64,000 nucleotides of DNA from Lama glama (GCA_028534125.1 CM052824.1:50406001-50470000); one strand, 5' to 3'; positions 36,801 through 44,532 are shown, numbered from the stretch's first letter. Numbers and translations: made by a program. The notes: generated by a model not told the origin, from the letters alone.

Positions 36801-39800
36801 NNNNNNNNNNNNNNNNNNNNNNNNNNNNNNNNNNNNNNNNNNNNNNNNNNNNNNNNNNNNNNNNNNNNNNNNNNNNNNNNNNNNNNNNNNNNNNNNNNNN
36901 NNNNNNNNNNNNNNNNNNNNNNNNNNNNNNNNNNNNNNNNNNNNNNNNNNNNNNNNNNNNNNNNNNNNNNNNNNNNNNNNNNNNNNNNNNGGCTGCGATG
37001 CTGCGTGGACGGTTAGCCACACCGAGACTGCGCAGAGTCTGGGAGGGTGCGGGCTGCGGGCTCAGGCGGAGGCTCTGGGTCACTGACTGGCTTACCATCT
37101 TTGGGCACATCACTCCACTCCTCAGGCCTTTAGCTACTGTGGTAAAAAGGTGTCACTGTCACCTTCCAGAGTTGTCGGGACACTTGGATGGTGGAGTGCT
37201 CGTGAATGTGCCTGACACAAGCACAGTTCAGTTGGAATTGGGTCAGGGCTGGGCCGGGGAAGGGAGAAGATGGGGACAACGCCACCAAGGCCGCCTTGGG
37301 AGGGAAGGAGCCTTGCTTGGAGAGGAGGTGGGAGGGGTAGTGGAGGATGGGTGGGGGTGTTCAGGGATCCAGGCGGTCAAGAAACTTGAAAGAGGACGGG
37401 AAATTGAGCAAACCCTCTCCCTGCCGGGCTGCTGCCCTGGTTTCATGGTGCCCCCTTTGTTCCAGAACCCGAGCAACTTCCCGAGAGGAGAAGAACTTCC
37501 AGGCCTTTCTGGAGCAGCCCAAGGAGAAGTGGGTGGAGAGTGCCTTTGAAGTGGACGGGCCCCACTACTTCACAGTCCTGGCCCTCCACATCCTGCCCCC
37601 TGAGAAGTGGAGAGCCACACGCGTGGAAATTCTGCGGAGGCTGCTGGTGACCTCTCAGGCCCGGGCAGTGGCTCCAGGGGGAGCCACCAGGTCAGTTCCC
37701 GCTTCGGGAAGTACCTGCTTCAGGAAGCCGTCTCCTGAGCTGTCTGTCCAGACTCCGTGACCCGCTGTGTGTGGAAGCCGCCCCGCAGTGTGCGTGTGCT
37801 GAGGGGGGCATGCTCGCTTGACTCAGTAATTGACCCTGGCCCTTCTCGGTCTGTCATGTCAAGAGTCTAGGCTGGGTGGCTGGCGGGCGCCTGCCATCTC
37901 TGGGCCTGGTGTTCGGCCACTGTAAGTGTGGAGCCAGGCTTGCCTCTGGAAAATTCCTCGGAGAGGAAGCCAGCCAGGCACAGGGGGGCTACCGAGGAGA
38001 AGAGTCGGGGCCCGCAGGAGGCTGAGGCAGGCAGCCAGGGCTTCCCATCATGCTGATCTGGGCCTGAACTAGCAAAGCTTCGTAAGGCTGCGGTTGGGAT
38101 TTTTTTTTTTTTTTTCTGATCATGAAAAGCTCGTCCTGTCCCTTCTTGGCCACATTCCTATCCTGTCTGCCCCACGTGCCGGGAGCCTTTCTTCTTCCTC
38201 TGCTGTTCGTGTGGACCCTCCCTAAGAAGGAAGGCATTTCAGGAGGGAAGTAGTCAGTGTTTTCATGACTCTGTGCTATGATTTGGGTCAGAAGGGAGGT
38301 GTCTGTGAGAGAAAGAATGGCAAACAAGAAGACCTCAGTGACGACTGCACAATGGCCGCCTGCCGAGTGGACTCAGTGCCCCCACTCTAGCCCGTGGAGC
38401 CCCGCGGGGCCTGCCCTGGGCTGCAGAGTCGGGCGTGGTCTGTCCGCTTGTGTCTGCCTCTCGAGGGAAAGCTGCTTCACTTCAGGAAGGTCTGTCCTCC
38501 TCCTGTGCTTGCTCTCACCAGGATCCGAGGGGACATTCCCAGTGAGGGAGCAGAGGAGGAGCTTCTGGTCTCCTGAGAACAACAGAGCAGTTGGAGACAG
38601 CAGTGGGCCTGAATTTGCACACCTGCCGTCTACCTCCTTGGCTAGTCACTAGTCACAGTCACCTCGTGCCCCAGGGGGACCAGGTTGGAGCTCTCCTGCT
38701 GAATCTGGCCCGTGCCGGCCTTTGTGTAGAGTCAGAGGGCGCCAGTCTTGTTAAGAGTCCGACCTAATGTCTGCCCCTGTTCCCAGCATAGCACTTTCCA
38801 CTGTTTCCCAAGAGTCTGAAGTGTTAATAGTTAACTAGCTGCTGGAAATCAAACATTAGATCTGGACGATACGATACTGAGTTTTTAAGCCAGGCTCGGC
38901 CTGCGTCCATAGCACAGAAAGTGGCTGTTTACTGGGCACAGGCTCTCGGTGGCAGGTGTGAAATCTGAACCCACAGGAGCTGTTTTGCTTTCAATTAGGA
39001 GACTGGAATTCATCATTGTCCCAGGCAGTTAAGGAAAAGCCGATTTGGTCACAGCTTAATTAGGAGTCCAGGGTAAACTGCACTCATGAGTCGCCATTTT
39101 CTCTGTGCCAGTTTAGTCACCTTACTAATTGGCCTTAAATAATTAAGTTGGGCAGGGCCACTCGAGATTCCTGCTCCCAAAGCAGAAGAGCCTCGAGAAG
39201 GACCCGACCTGGCGTGGTGTGGGGGGTGTAAACAGGGAGCTCCAGAAGCAGGCTGGCGGAGTGTGGGGCCCCTCCGAGGAGGGGCCGTGGCTTGAGGGAC
39301 CTTTAGAGGGTGACATCCTGGTGATTGGAGCCGTGTCACTGGCAGCCCGCTTCATTCTAAGTCCATTATAAGGTGGGAGGCAGCAGCAGAAATTGTTCTC
39401 TTGTGCAGGTTTTACAGAAAGATTCCTTTGCCACGGACCGTCAGGTATTTAAGCCTGGGACTTTCCTAGGTGCCTGTCAGAACCCTTCTGTGCCCTTGTC
39501 TGCCAGAGCTGCACAGAAACAGATTATTGTCCTCGCCCCCAGGCCCACCTCGGGGCAGTGGTGGGAGGGGAGAGGGTGGGCGCTTTGGAGATACTGGGGT
39601 GGAAGGGGAGGGTACAGGATTTTAGCAAACAGAATTGTCAGTTTTTTTTATTATTTGGCTCTACTTTTGTTGGTGACTTAAAAATGTAGGTGTGGGTGGC
39701 CTGCCCTGTGCTAGGTCGTGCCTTTACTTGAGGCCCAGAGAGTGTAGTTTTAGCTTCTAAATGAGTAACGTCTGTCCTTGTTTTATTTTTATGATTCTAA

Positions 39801-42800
39801 CATACATGAACACATGTGCACGCACGCACACACGCATTTGAATACCAAGTTCTGGTCCCTTCAGTTACAGCTCTGTTTCAAGCCAAAGAATCTCCATGAT
39901 AAGAGTTTATCTAGCCTTTACTTATTACAGATAGGAAGGCAGTTTGCAGACAAAGCCTTTCCTAGGTCTTGAGCTTTAGAAACCAAATCCGAGCACTGTG
40001 TGGAGGGACGTCTGGTCTTTCTGTATCTCGCAGTGGCTCTGCCTGGAGTAATCATTCCTCAGACCAGGAGCGTCTGCTGAGAAGCAGTGGACGTCGCACA
40101 GGCAGCCCCCCGTATTCCAGGGGCCTGGCTGGTCTCTGACTCTGAACTGAGTCATTGGTCTAAGTAGTGATGATACTGGTTAGAGACGAAGGGGTGTGGC
40201 GCGCAGCTCTGGGATCAGCCCTGGATTTAGGAGGTGTCGGGGTGGCTGCAGCTCCCATCTGCGACATCACTGTTGCTCAACACCAGCTTTCCACCGGCTT
40301 GCTGTTTTTTTAACACAGCACGTGGTTGGCAAGTAACTGTGTGGCTGATTTACGTCTGCTGACTGTAAAAATCCTTCTGGTGGAAATGTAAAGAATGAAG
40401 TAGAACCTTGTTTTCTACTTCATGTATTAGATCCCGTCGAGTCCAAGAGCGTGTGTGGGGACTAAACACAGGGAGACGGGACTCCTCGGCGTCTCTTTGC
40501 AGTGGCGGCCTTTTGGTTGCCATGTTGCAACTTCTGTCTCCCTCTTTCCCATTTAGCCTGATTTGGCAGAGAGTCAGTGCTAAAGATACTCTTTTGTGGG
40601 ACTTTTCTGTGGTAAGTAAACCACTGGGTCCCAGGGCTTCTGAAGCTCTTGCCCACGGTTGCTGTCTTCTGAGAAGAGAGACGAGTGGCTGGAGCGGAGT
40701 GATGCTTAGTTACTGTGACTCTTCCGCTGCTCCCAGAATGCTTTGCTCTGTCCTCGGGGGTCTCCCCCCGGGGTCTTCACGGACGTGGGCTCTCATCTTC
40801 TTTTCCAGGCTGACAGACAAGGCAGTGAAGGACTACTCTGCTTATCGCTCCTCCCTTCTCTTTTGGGCCCTCATCGATCTCATTTACAACATGTTTAAGG
40901 TAAGAAAGCCGCGGGGAGCGTGGCCGGTTTCAGCAAGGGAGGAGACGCCTGTGCTGATGGCTCTGACCCTGCCTGCGCGGCCTCCCGAGAAGCCAGCTGC
41001 TCCCACCGGGGGAGGGTTCCTCTCCAGCTCAGACCCCTGTGTCTGAGACCGCATTTGTAGCCGCGACTGCTCCTGTGACCTTGTCTCAGGTTGCCGCAGA
41101 CCCTCTTCTGCAGGCGGATCTCCCCGCCAAGTCACCCTTTGTTTGCTCTCAGTCCCTCTGTTTGGATGAATTCTGTTGCCCTGGGTGAGTGTGACTTGTT
41201 CCAGCACAGCTTATGGGGACATTCTCTCTACTTTGAGAGAATCAGAGGGTTTGGGGGTGGTTCCTTTCATAGTCTGAATGAAATAGCTCAATTAAAGTGA
41301 CTTAGCAGTCCTTTGTCTTGGAGAAATCCAGATGTGGAAGATGTGGGGAGGGAAGAACACAGTCATCTGTCGAGGCTTGTAGGTTCACCTGACACGTGCT
41401 TAATACAGGGGCTGTGAGAGGACTGAGGTGAAATTTTGTTGTTCCTGGAAGCAGAACACATCCTTCAGGGAAAACTTTGATGTGTATGGGAGGGCTCGCA
41501 TCCTCCCTGACTGACTTGAGGCACAGTGACCCAGCCCGAGCCTGTCTCCTGTTGGTTCTTGTAGAAGGTGCCTACCAGCAACACGGAGGGAGGCTGGTCC
41601 TGCTCTCTAGCGGAGTACATCCGCCACAACGACATGCCCATCCACGAAGCAGCCGACAAGGCCCTGAAGGCCTTCCAGGAGGAGTTCATGCCAGTGGAGA
41701 CCTTCTCGGAGTTCCTCGACGCTGCCGGTCAGTATCAAGGCTTTTCCTTCCCAGATCTTCTGCAGCAGAGCCCGTGCCTGCCCGAGTGGGGCTGGCGGTT
41801 GCTTTCATCTTCACATGCAGGAAAGAATAGGCGGGAGCCAGCCTGTGGGCTGCCACTGAGAGCTCTGGGAGAGATGGGTACAGGCCAGGTGGCTGGTAAC
41901 AGGACAGCAGCCACACGTGTGATGGAGCTCACGTCCCCCAGGCCTGTGCTGCGCGTGGTGCACACATCTTCCCAGTCTGCAGGGCAGCCCTGTATGAGGT
42001 GGAGCCATGGTTAACCCCATTTTACAGATGGGGTAACTGTGGCTTTGAAGACTAAACAAGTTCCCAGCAGGACATAGCTGGAAGATCTTTGAGCCTCTTT
42101 TTAGATTCCTGGCTTTTTATGACAATTCAGGGAATTAACATGGAGCTTACCTGTCTTCCTCCTGCTTCTTGGGGACTGAGACGTCTTATGTCACAGTTGC
42201 CCCCGGGGGAGATATGGGAGGATTTCAACTCTGATTCTTAAAGTAAATAGTAAATATCAAAAGAGACCAAAGAGCACCTCTGCTGGTGGGAATAGGGCAG
42301 CACTTTGAACTGCTGTCAGATGGGCCATCTTCATCCCCCAGCTAGTAGAAGTGAAGTTCATTGTTCTCTCCTGTGTACAGGTTCTTTATACAACAAATTT
42401 GTCATCCTAATTGCAGGCACATTAAAATTTGTTTGGATTTTATCACCAAGTGTCAGGTGACAGCAGGGGGAGGTGACTTGGGCTGATGCTGGGAAAACCC
42501 ACCCAGGATTAGAAACCCGGTGCCTCTCAGGGTGTGGGCACTGCTGCAGTCCAGCCCCCCATCACTCCCAGAGCCAAAGCAGAGGGAACCACAGCTGCCC
42601 GACTCTTTTGTGAACTTGTTTCCTTTTCCCTGATGTTCACTGTGGGAGTTTCGTGAAGTGCAAAGAGCAGGACAAAGTCTCCCCAGATCCCACTGTCAGG
42701 AGAAGACCTCCACTAACTGCCCTCAGACATCTGGAGTGATGCTCAGTGTGAATTCCTCTTTCCTTTCCGCTCAGCACCAGTGGGCAGAGTCTCCCCAGGA

Positions 42801-44213
42801 GCTCTAGGGCTTCCTTTCAGCCTGGCCGTTCATTGCCACAGCCGCAGCGGGAGCTGTGCTGGATGGGCTTTGCTGGTCTGGTGCATGCCCCGTTATCCGG
42901 TGGTCAGGTGTCAGTGCACTCACCCCAGTTTCTTTGTCAGCTTCACTAGATGCTCCCATGGGCATCTCTCCAGCCTAGACATTGCACCGTGGCTGTACTC
43001 CTTGCTTCCTCTTGGAAGTGACCCTGACTGAGAGAGGTAGCCTGTGTGCTTGTGTCCTTAGTGCCCAGCTCCGGGCCTGTCACCCAGGGGTCTGGCGAAT
43101 GTCTACAGAGACTGTCAATACGAGTGCTAAAGTCCGAGTAAGAAGAGGAGGAACGAAAGTAAGAGGGACGAAAGGAGTTCAGCTCGGTTCTGTGCTTGGC
43201 TTCAGCCTCAGGGAAAGGTGGCAGCGCCCGCCTGGAGCAAGGGAGAGTGAGGAGTGAGGGTTGGCCAGGCAGGGAGGGGAGCCGCAGGTGTTTACAGCAG
43301 CATGGCTTTATTGCTTTGTCCCAACTGGTAGAGAATTTCAGAACATCAGACACACCCTGTTCCAAGGCAAGGGCGAAAACACCGTCCAAAACCAACAAGA
43401 GGTGATGGGAGCCACTCTGCCACCCCTAGCACAGGTGCTGGGAGACAGCTTCGGTCTGAGTGCTGCAGGGCCTTGGGCTGACAGCCCCACGCTGGTCGGA
43501 TGTGAGCCCTGCTCGGTGAGGGGGCGGGGCCGCGGGCCCTGCTGCTAATGGGGTGCCTTCTGCACCCTGGGCACTTGGACGTGACGGGCCTCATTTAATC
43601 CCCAGGGTGACGTGACAGGCCCTCGTCACTGTCCCCGTTTGATGGTGGAAGAAATGGAGCCCCTGAACTCTGGCAGCTTTCTCAAAGCCTGGACTCAAAA
43701 GGGCTGGCTAGAGGCTCCGATGAACCAGGGTCCTGCTACCCATCCCTGTTCTCCCAGCCTCTGAAGGCAGTGGGGTTCACCTTTCTTTGGCCCTAGGTCC
43801 CTCTAAGAGTACGCTGAAGGCAGTGGACACCTTGCAGGGCTGCCCTCTGTTTCATACGCAGTCCAGTGGACTTGCAGGCCCCTTGCATGGTGCACGGACC
43901 CAAGCTTAGCACCCCCACTGTAGGGAGGTGGTGAGGCTGCCTCTGCCACTTCAGTGTCTTTAAACAGAGCAGCACCTCATTACCGCACGGGAGTGTTTGC
44001 TGGGTGACTGGCTCCCCAGCCATCGCTCATCTCCACTGAGCGGCTGCGTCGGAGCTTGTTGGAGCGCAGCGTGGATGCGGCAGCTGTGACTCAGTAGGGC
44101 TGGGGGCCGTGCGTGCCCGCTGCTAACCGGCCTCTGCCTGTTTTCCAGGTCTCTTATCAGAAATCACTGACCCAGAGAGCTTCCTGAAAGACCTGTTGAA
44201 CTCAGTCCCCTGA
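645..44213 (+). CDS. UBR4: UBR4 (p600) E3 ubiquitin-protein ligase, 3' part: 38 coding exons, 5'-partial (gene starts upstream of the window)
   Basis: Exon translations match remembered UBR4 peptides ([60 protein letters not shown]-terminal [12 protein letters not shown]). All visible introns are GT-AG and phases are compatible across all 37 junctions (one acceptor lies in a gap). Summed length 5411 nt with one exon start inferred. Confidence 0.98.
1327..1471 (+). CDS. UBR4: UBR4 exon ([10 protein letters not shown]...TPQTEKK)
   Basis: ctgcag|A acceptor, AAG|gtaaca donor, phase 2 to 0. Confidence 0.95.
2062..2147 (+). CDS. UBR4: UBR4 exon ([29 protein letters not shown])
   Basis: tttcag|TTG acceptor, AA|gtgagc donor. 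Confidence 0.95.
2489..2580 (-). mobile_element. 5'-truncated L1M 3'-end fragment with 12-bp TSD
   Basis: ctttattgagg...tcagtgatttttagtaa resembles an L1MA/MB 3' terminus. Flanked by GTGACTATTCTC at 2477-2488 and 2581-2592. Confidence 0.7.
2850..2937 (+). CDS. UBR4: UBR4 exon ([29 protein letters not shown])
   Basis: cctcag|C acceptor, TGT|gtaagt donor. Confidence 0.95.
3188..3343. other. Assembly gap (156 N)
   Basis: run of N. Confidence 0.99.
3194..3387 (+). CDS. UBR4: UBR4 exon, mostly hidden in N gap (...[15 protein letters not shown])
   Basis: Visible part 3344-3387 with AA|gtacgg donor. Start inferred from 50 missing codons of the recalled human exon. Confidence 0.75.
4230..4440 (+). 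mobile_element. MIR SINE
   Basis: core tctcagtttcctt.actatcaaatgg...aggattaaatg...gcctggcatat. Confidence 0.7.
4959..5198 (+). CDS. UBR4: UBR4 exon (PARWHKAKK...NVYQCHKCR), start of Cys-rich Zn region
   Basis: tcatag|G acceptor, AG|gtgagt donor, CxxC motifs. Confidence 0.96.
5375..5388 (+). repeat. (TG)7 microsatellite after a purine tract
   Basis: direct read. Confidence 0.9.
5611..5749 (+). CDS. UBR4: UBR4 exon ([20 protein letters not shown]...NEEDRKK)
   Basis: tttcag|A acceptor, AAG|gtgagg donor. Confidence 0.96.
6200..6430 (+). mobile_element. MIR SINE (degraded, interrupted)
   Basis: ggctttggagttaga...ggcaaaagtgactt...cagtacctgacgtataggcagtgctcag. Confidence 0.55.
6491..6616 (+). 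CDS. UBR4: UBR4 exon ([19 protein letters not shown]...APEKPQ)
   Basis: ggctag|GCG acceptor, CAG|gtaacc donor. Confidence 0.95.
6732..6860 (+). CDS. UBR4: UBR4 exon ([11 protein letters not shown]...DELSKIIQ)
   Basis: ttgcag|GAT acceptor, CAG|gtagag donor. Confidence 0.94.
7676..8019 (+). CDS. UBR4: UBR4 exon ([16 protein letters not shown]...QLMCLLTR)
   Basis: long pyrimidine tract cttag|AAA, CG|gtcaga donor. Confidence 0.94.
8360..8540 (+). mobile_element. MIR SINE
   Basis: ggtggttaagagc...ccttggacaaattacttaacttctctgagcctaaggtttccttatctg. Confidence 0.75.
8676..9180 (-). mobile_element. L2 LINE 3' fragment
   Basis: attcactcacttaacaaatatttattgggcacc...gccaggcactgttctag = reverse complement of the L2 3' end. 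Confidence 0.8.
9661..9751 (+). CDS. UBR4: UBR4 exon ([30 protein letters not shown])
   Basis: ctccag|A acceptor, CTG|gtgagc donor. Confidence 0.95.
10074..10158 (+). CDS. UBR4: UBR4 exon ([28 protein letters not shown])
   Basis: ttctag|GCA acceptor, G|gtgagt donor. Confidence 0.95.
10317..10444 (+). CDS. UBR4: UBR4 exon ([13 protein letters not shown]...PTSKKNK)
   Basis: ccctag|CA acceptor, AAG|gtactg donor. Confidence 0.95.
10810..11040 (+). mobile_element. MIR SINE
   Basis: ttcaaatcccagctc...gtgacttgggcaagg...catctataaaatggg. Confidence 0.75.
11785..12938. mobile_element. hAT-Charlie DNA transposon remnant (Charlie1-like, non-autonomous)
   Basis: Terminal inverted repeats cagtggttctcaaa (11785) and tttgagaaccactg (ends 12938); internal Charlie1-like sequence gcagacattttcttgaaaagtgaatgaagtg. 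Confidence 0.8.
13349..13478 (+). CDS. UBR4: UBR4 exon ([13 protein letters not shown]...KKCLPIR)
   Basis: ctgcag|GAT acceptor, G|gtgtgt donor. Confidence 0.95.
13603..13760 (+). CDS. UBR4: UBR4 exon ([31 protein letters not shown]...NNWLRQ), calmodulin-binding helix
   Basis: tgctag|GG acceptor, CAA|gtgagt donor. Basic aromatic helix maps to about residues 4086-4111, the recalled p600 CaM-binding segment. Confidence 0.95.
14480..14589 (+). CDS. UBR4: UBR4 exon ([15 protein letters not shown]...QVLDLLTS)
   Basis: ctgcag|GTG acceptor, AG|gtacta donor. Confidence 0.95.
15260..15401 (+). CDS. UBR4: UBR4 exon ([15 protein letters not shown]...VGNLITK)
   Basis: tggcag|T acceptor, AAG|gtagcc donor. 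Confidence 0.95.
15513..15820. mobile_element. TcMar-Tigger MITE (Tigger1 derivative)
   Basis: TIRs caggcatacctc ... gaggtatgcctg followed by TA; 308 bp. Confidence 0.85.
16105..16186 (+). CDS. UBR4: UBR4 exon ([27 protein letters not shown])
   Basis: gtgtag|GAA acceptor, G|gtagag donor. Confidence 0.95.
16516..16689 (+). CDS. UBR4: UBR4 exon ([18 protein letters not shown]...MLEDMTT)
   Basis: ccacag|GC acceptor, G|gtagca donor. Confidence 0.95.
17030..18000 (-). mobile_element. Probable old L1M fragment
   Basis: T-rich antisense L1-like composition; subfamily not resolved by eye. Confidence 0.4.
18587..18708 (+). CDS. UBR4: UBR4 exon ([14 protein letters not shown]...LCSIIYP)
   Basis: tggcag|GT acceptor, CCT|gtaagc donor. 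Confidence 0.95.
19602..19799 (+). CDS. UBR4: UBR4 exon ([12 protein letters not shown]..gap..EDDSGME)
   Basis: ctttag|GAG acceptor, GAG|gtaaca donor. The 140-N internal gap keeps frame (198 nt, 66 codons). Confidence 0.9.
19639..19778. other. Assembly gap (140 N) inside an exon
   Basis: run of N. Confidence 0.99.
20490..20570 (+). CDS. UBR4: UBR4 exon ([27 protein letters not shown])
   Basis: gttcag|CTC acceptor, GAG|gtacgt donor. Confidence 0.95.
22815..22902 (+). CDS. UBR4: UBR4 exon ([29 protein letters not shown])
   Basis: gcttag|GGA acceptor, G|gtatgg donor. Confidence 0.95.
23035..23161 (+). mobile_element. tRNA-derived SINE, camelid vic-1-like
   Basis: gggtatagctgagtggtagagc (A box), cctgagctcaatcccc (B box), A-rich tail, imperfect TSD cagaattgagagg / caggattgagggg. 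Confidence 0.85.
23536..23663 (+). CDS. UBR4: UBR4 exon ([14 protein letters not shown]...QGRHLLT)
   Basis: ccccag|AT acceptor, ACA|gtgagt donor. Confidence 0.95.
24577..24684 (+). CDS. UBR4: UBR4 exon ([19 protein letters not shown]...MLGTLNL)
   Basis: tgtcag|GTG acceptor, TTG|gtaaag donor. Confidence 0.95.
25161..25280 (+). CDS. UBR4: UBR4 exon ([13 protein letters not shown]...EPLSEDK)
   Basis: ctgcag|GCC acceptor, AAG|gtgagt donor. Confidence 0.95.
25994..26184 (+). CDS. UBR4: UBR4 exon ([12 protein letters not shown]...KPYCSFDK)
   Basis: ttgcag|GGC acceptor, AA|gtatgt donor. Confidence 0.95.
26639..26812 (+). CDS. UBR4: UBR4 exon ([17 protein letters not shown]...HIPSAKN)
   Basis: tcctag|G acceptor, AA|gtaagg donor. 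Confidence 0.95.
27138..27237 (+). CDS. UBR4: UBR4 exon ([33 protein letters not shown])
   Basis: ttgcag|T acceptor, CAG|gtgagt donor. Confidence 0.95.
27748..28670 (-). mobile_element. L1M (L1MB/MC-like) 3' UTR fragment
   Basis: aactttttattttgagataattttagattcaca...aatggaatcatacagcatgtaaccttt...aataaagctgctgtgaa. Confidence 0.8.
29095..29760 (-). mobile_element. L2 LINE fragment
   Basis: ttcaacacgtatttatgtagtgcct...ggtgaacaagacagtcacagtctgtgccttc. Confidence 0.65.
30821..31039 (+). CDS. UBR4: UBR4 exon ([19 protein letters not shown]...KALGTLGMT)
   Basis: tggcag|GTT acceptor, ACG|gtatgg donor. Confidence 0.95.
31320..31550 (-). mobile_element. MIR SINE
   Basis: tactatatgccagccactgtgct...ggtattatacccattttctagatga...ggcatttgaacc. 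Confidence 0.75.
31944..32057 (+). CDS. UBR4: UBR4 exon (TNEKGQVV...[14 protein letters not shown]), first hemiRING Zn-ligand pair
   Basis: ctacag|ACG acceptor, CAG|gtacag donor. CxxC falls at about 4838/4841 by count from the stop. Confidence 0.96.
33029..33171 (+). CDS. UBR4: UBR4 exon ([13 protein letters not shown]...[16 protein letters not shown]), second hemiRING ligand pair HxxC
   Basis: ttgcag|CCC acceptor, AG|gtaggc donor. HYDC falls at about 4887-4890. Confidence 0.96.
33626..33751 (+). CDS. UBR4: UBR4 exon ([29 protein letters not shown]...TCLAR)
   Basis: atctag|G acceptor, AG|gtgagt donor. Confidence 0.96.
34791..34985 (+). CDS. UBR4: UBR4 exon ([14 protein letters not shown]...[14 protein letters not shown]...YVLNT)
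   Basis: ccctag|G acceptor, AC|gtcagt donor. Confidence 0.94.
36491..36990. other. Assembly gap (500 N)
   Basis: run of N. Confidence 0.99.
37466..37690 (+). CDS. UBR4: UBR4 exon ([11 protein letters not shown]...VAPGGATR)
   Basis: ttccag|A acceptor, AG|gtcagt donor. Confidence 0.95.
40809..40899 (+). CDS. UBR4: UBR4 exon ([30 protein letters not shown])
   Basis: ttccag|G acceptor, AAG|gtaaga donor. Confidence 0.95.
41565..41727 (+). CDS. UBR4: UBR4 exon ([23 protein letters not shown]...EFLDAA)
   Basis: ttgtag|AAG acceptor (NAGNAG), G|gtcagt donor. Confidence 0.94.
44149..44213 (+). CDS. UBR4: UBR4 last coding exon ([21 protein letters not shown])
   Basis: Branch-point-like CTAAC at 44123-44127, ttccag|GT acceptor, TGA at 44211-44213. 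Confidence 0.96.
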
Positions 44214-44532
44214 CCACCACGTGGAGACTGCGGTCGCCGAAGATGAAAGCTAGCTTGCCTTCCGTCCCTCCGTGCTCCTCCCTCCTGTGCGCTGATTTCC
44301 CCACGGGATGCTGCATCCTTACCCTCCCTCCTCCCCCCTCAGCTTCTCTTGGAATGGCTTGGGGGTTTTAGGCTTCCTGTTTTATCTCGTGTGTGTGGTG
44401 CACTAGCTGTGAAGTTGTCTGTGACCCAAGCCATCGAAGGACCTGTACATACCGAGGAGCCATGAGTTGTCCTGGCCGAGTTAATACTTGAGTGTGCACA
44501 TCTTGAGAAATAAATGAATGACTTAATACACA
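44214..44532 (+). other. UBR4: UBR4 3' UTR (about 320 nt; end approximate)
   Basis: Lies between the stop codon and the presumed cleavage site about 15-20 nt after AATAAA. Confidence 0.8.
44509..44514 (+). terminator. UBR4 polyadenylation signal AATAAA
   Basis: Canonical hexamer with upstream TGTA (44444) and downstream GT-rich element ggtgttgtctgtgct (about 44545-44559). Confidence 0.88.

Noticed and set aside
36336-37113. ORFs of about 200 aa spanning N runs (also at 3040-3465, 19515-19838, 44643-45409)
   Set aside because: Length comes from X residues; artefacts of the gaps
44211-44246. Stop-codon readthrough (TGA-C)
   Set aside because: Context is TGA CCA, not the TGA CTAG motif; the extension would be about 10 residues with no recognisable signal
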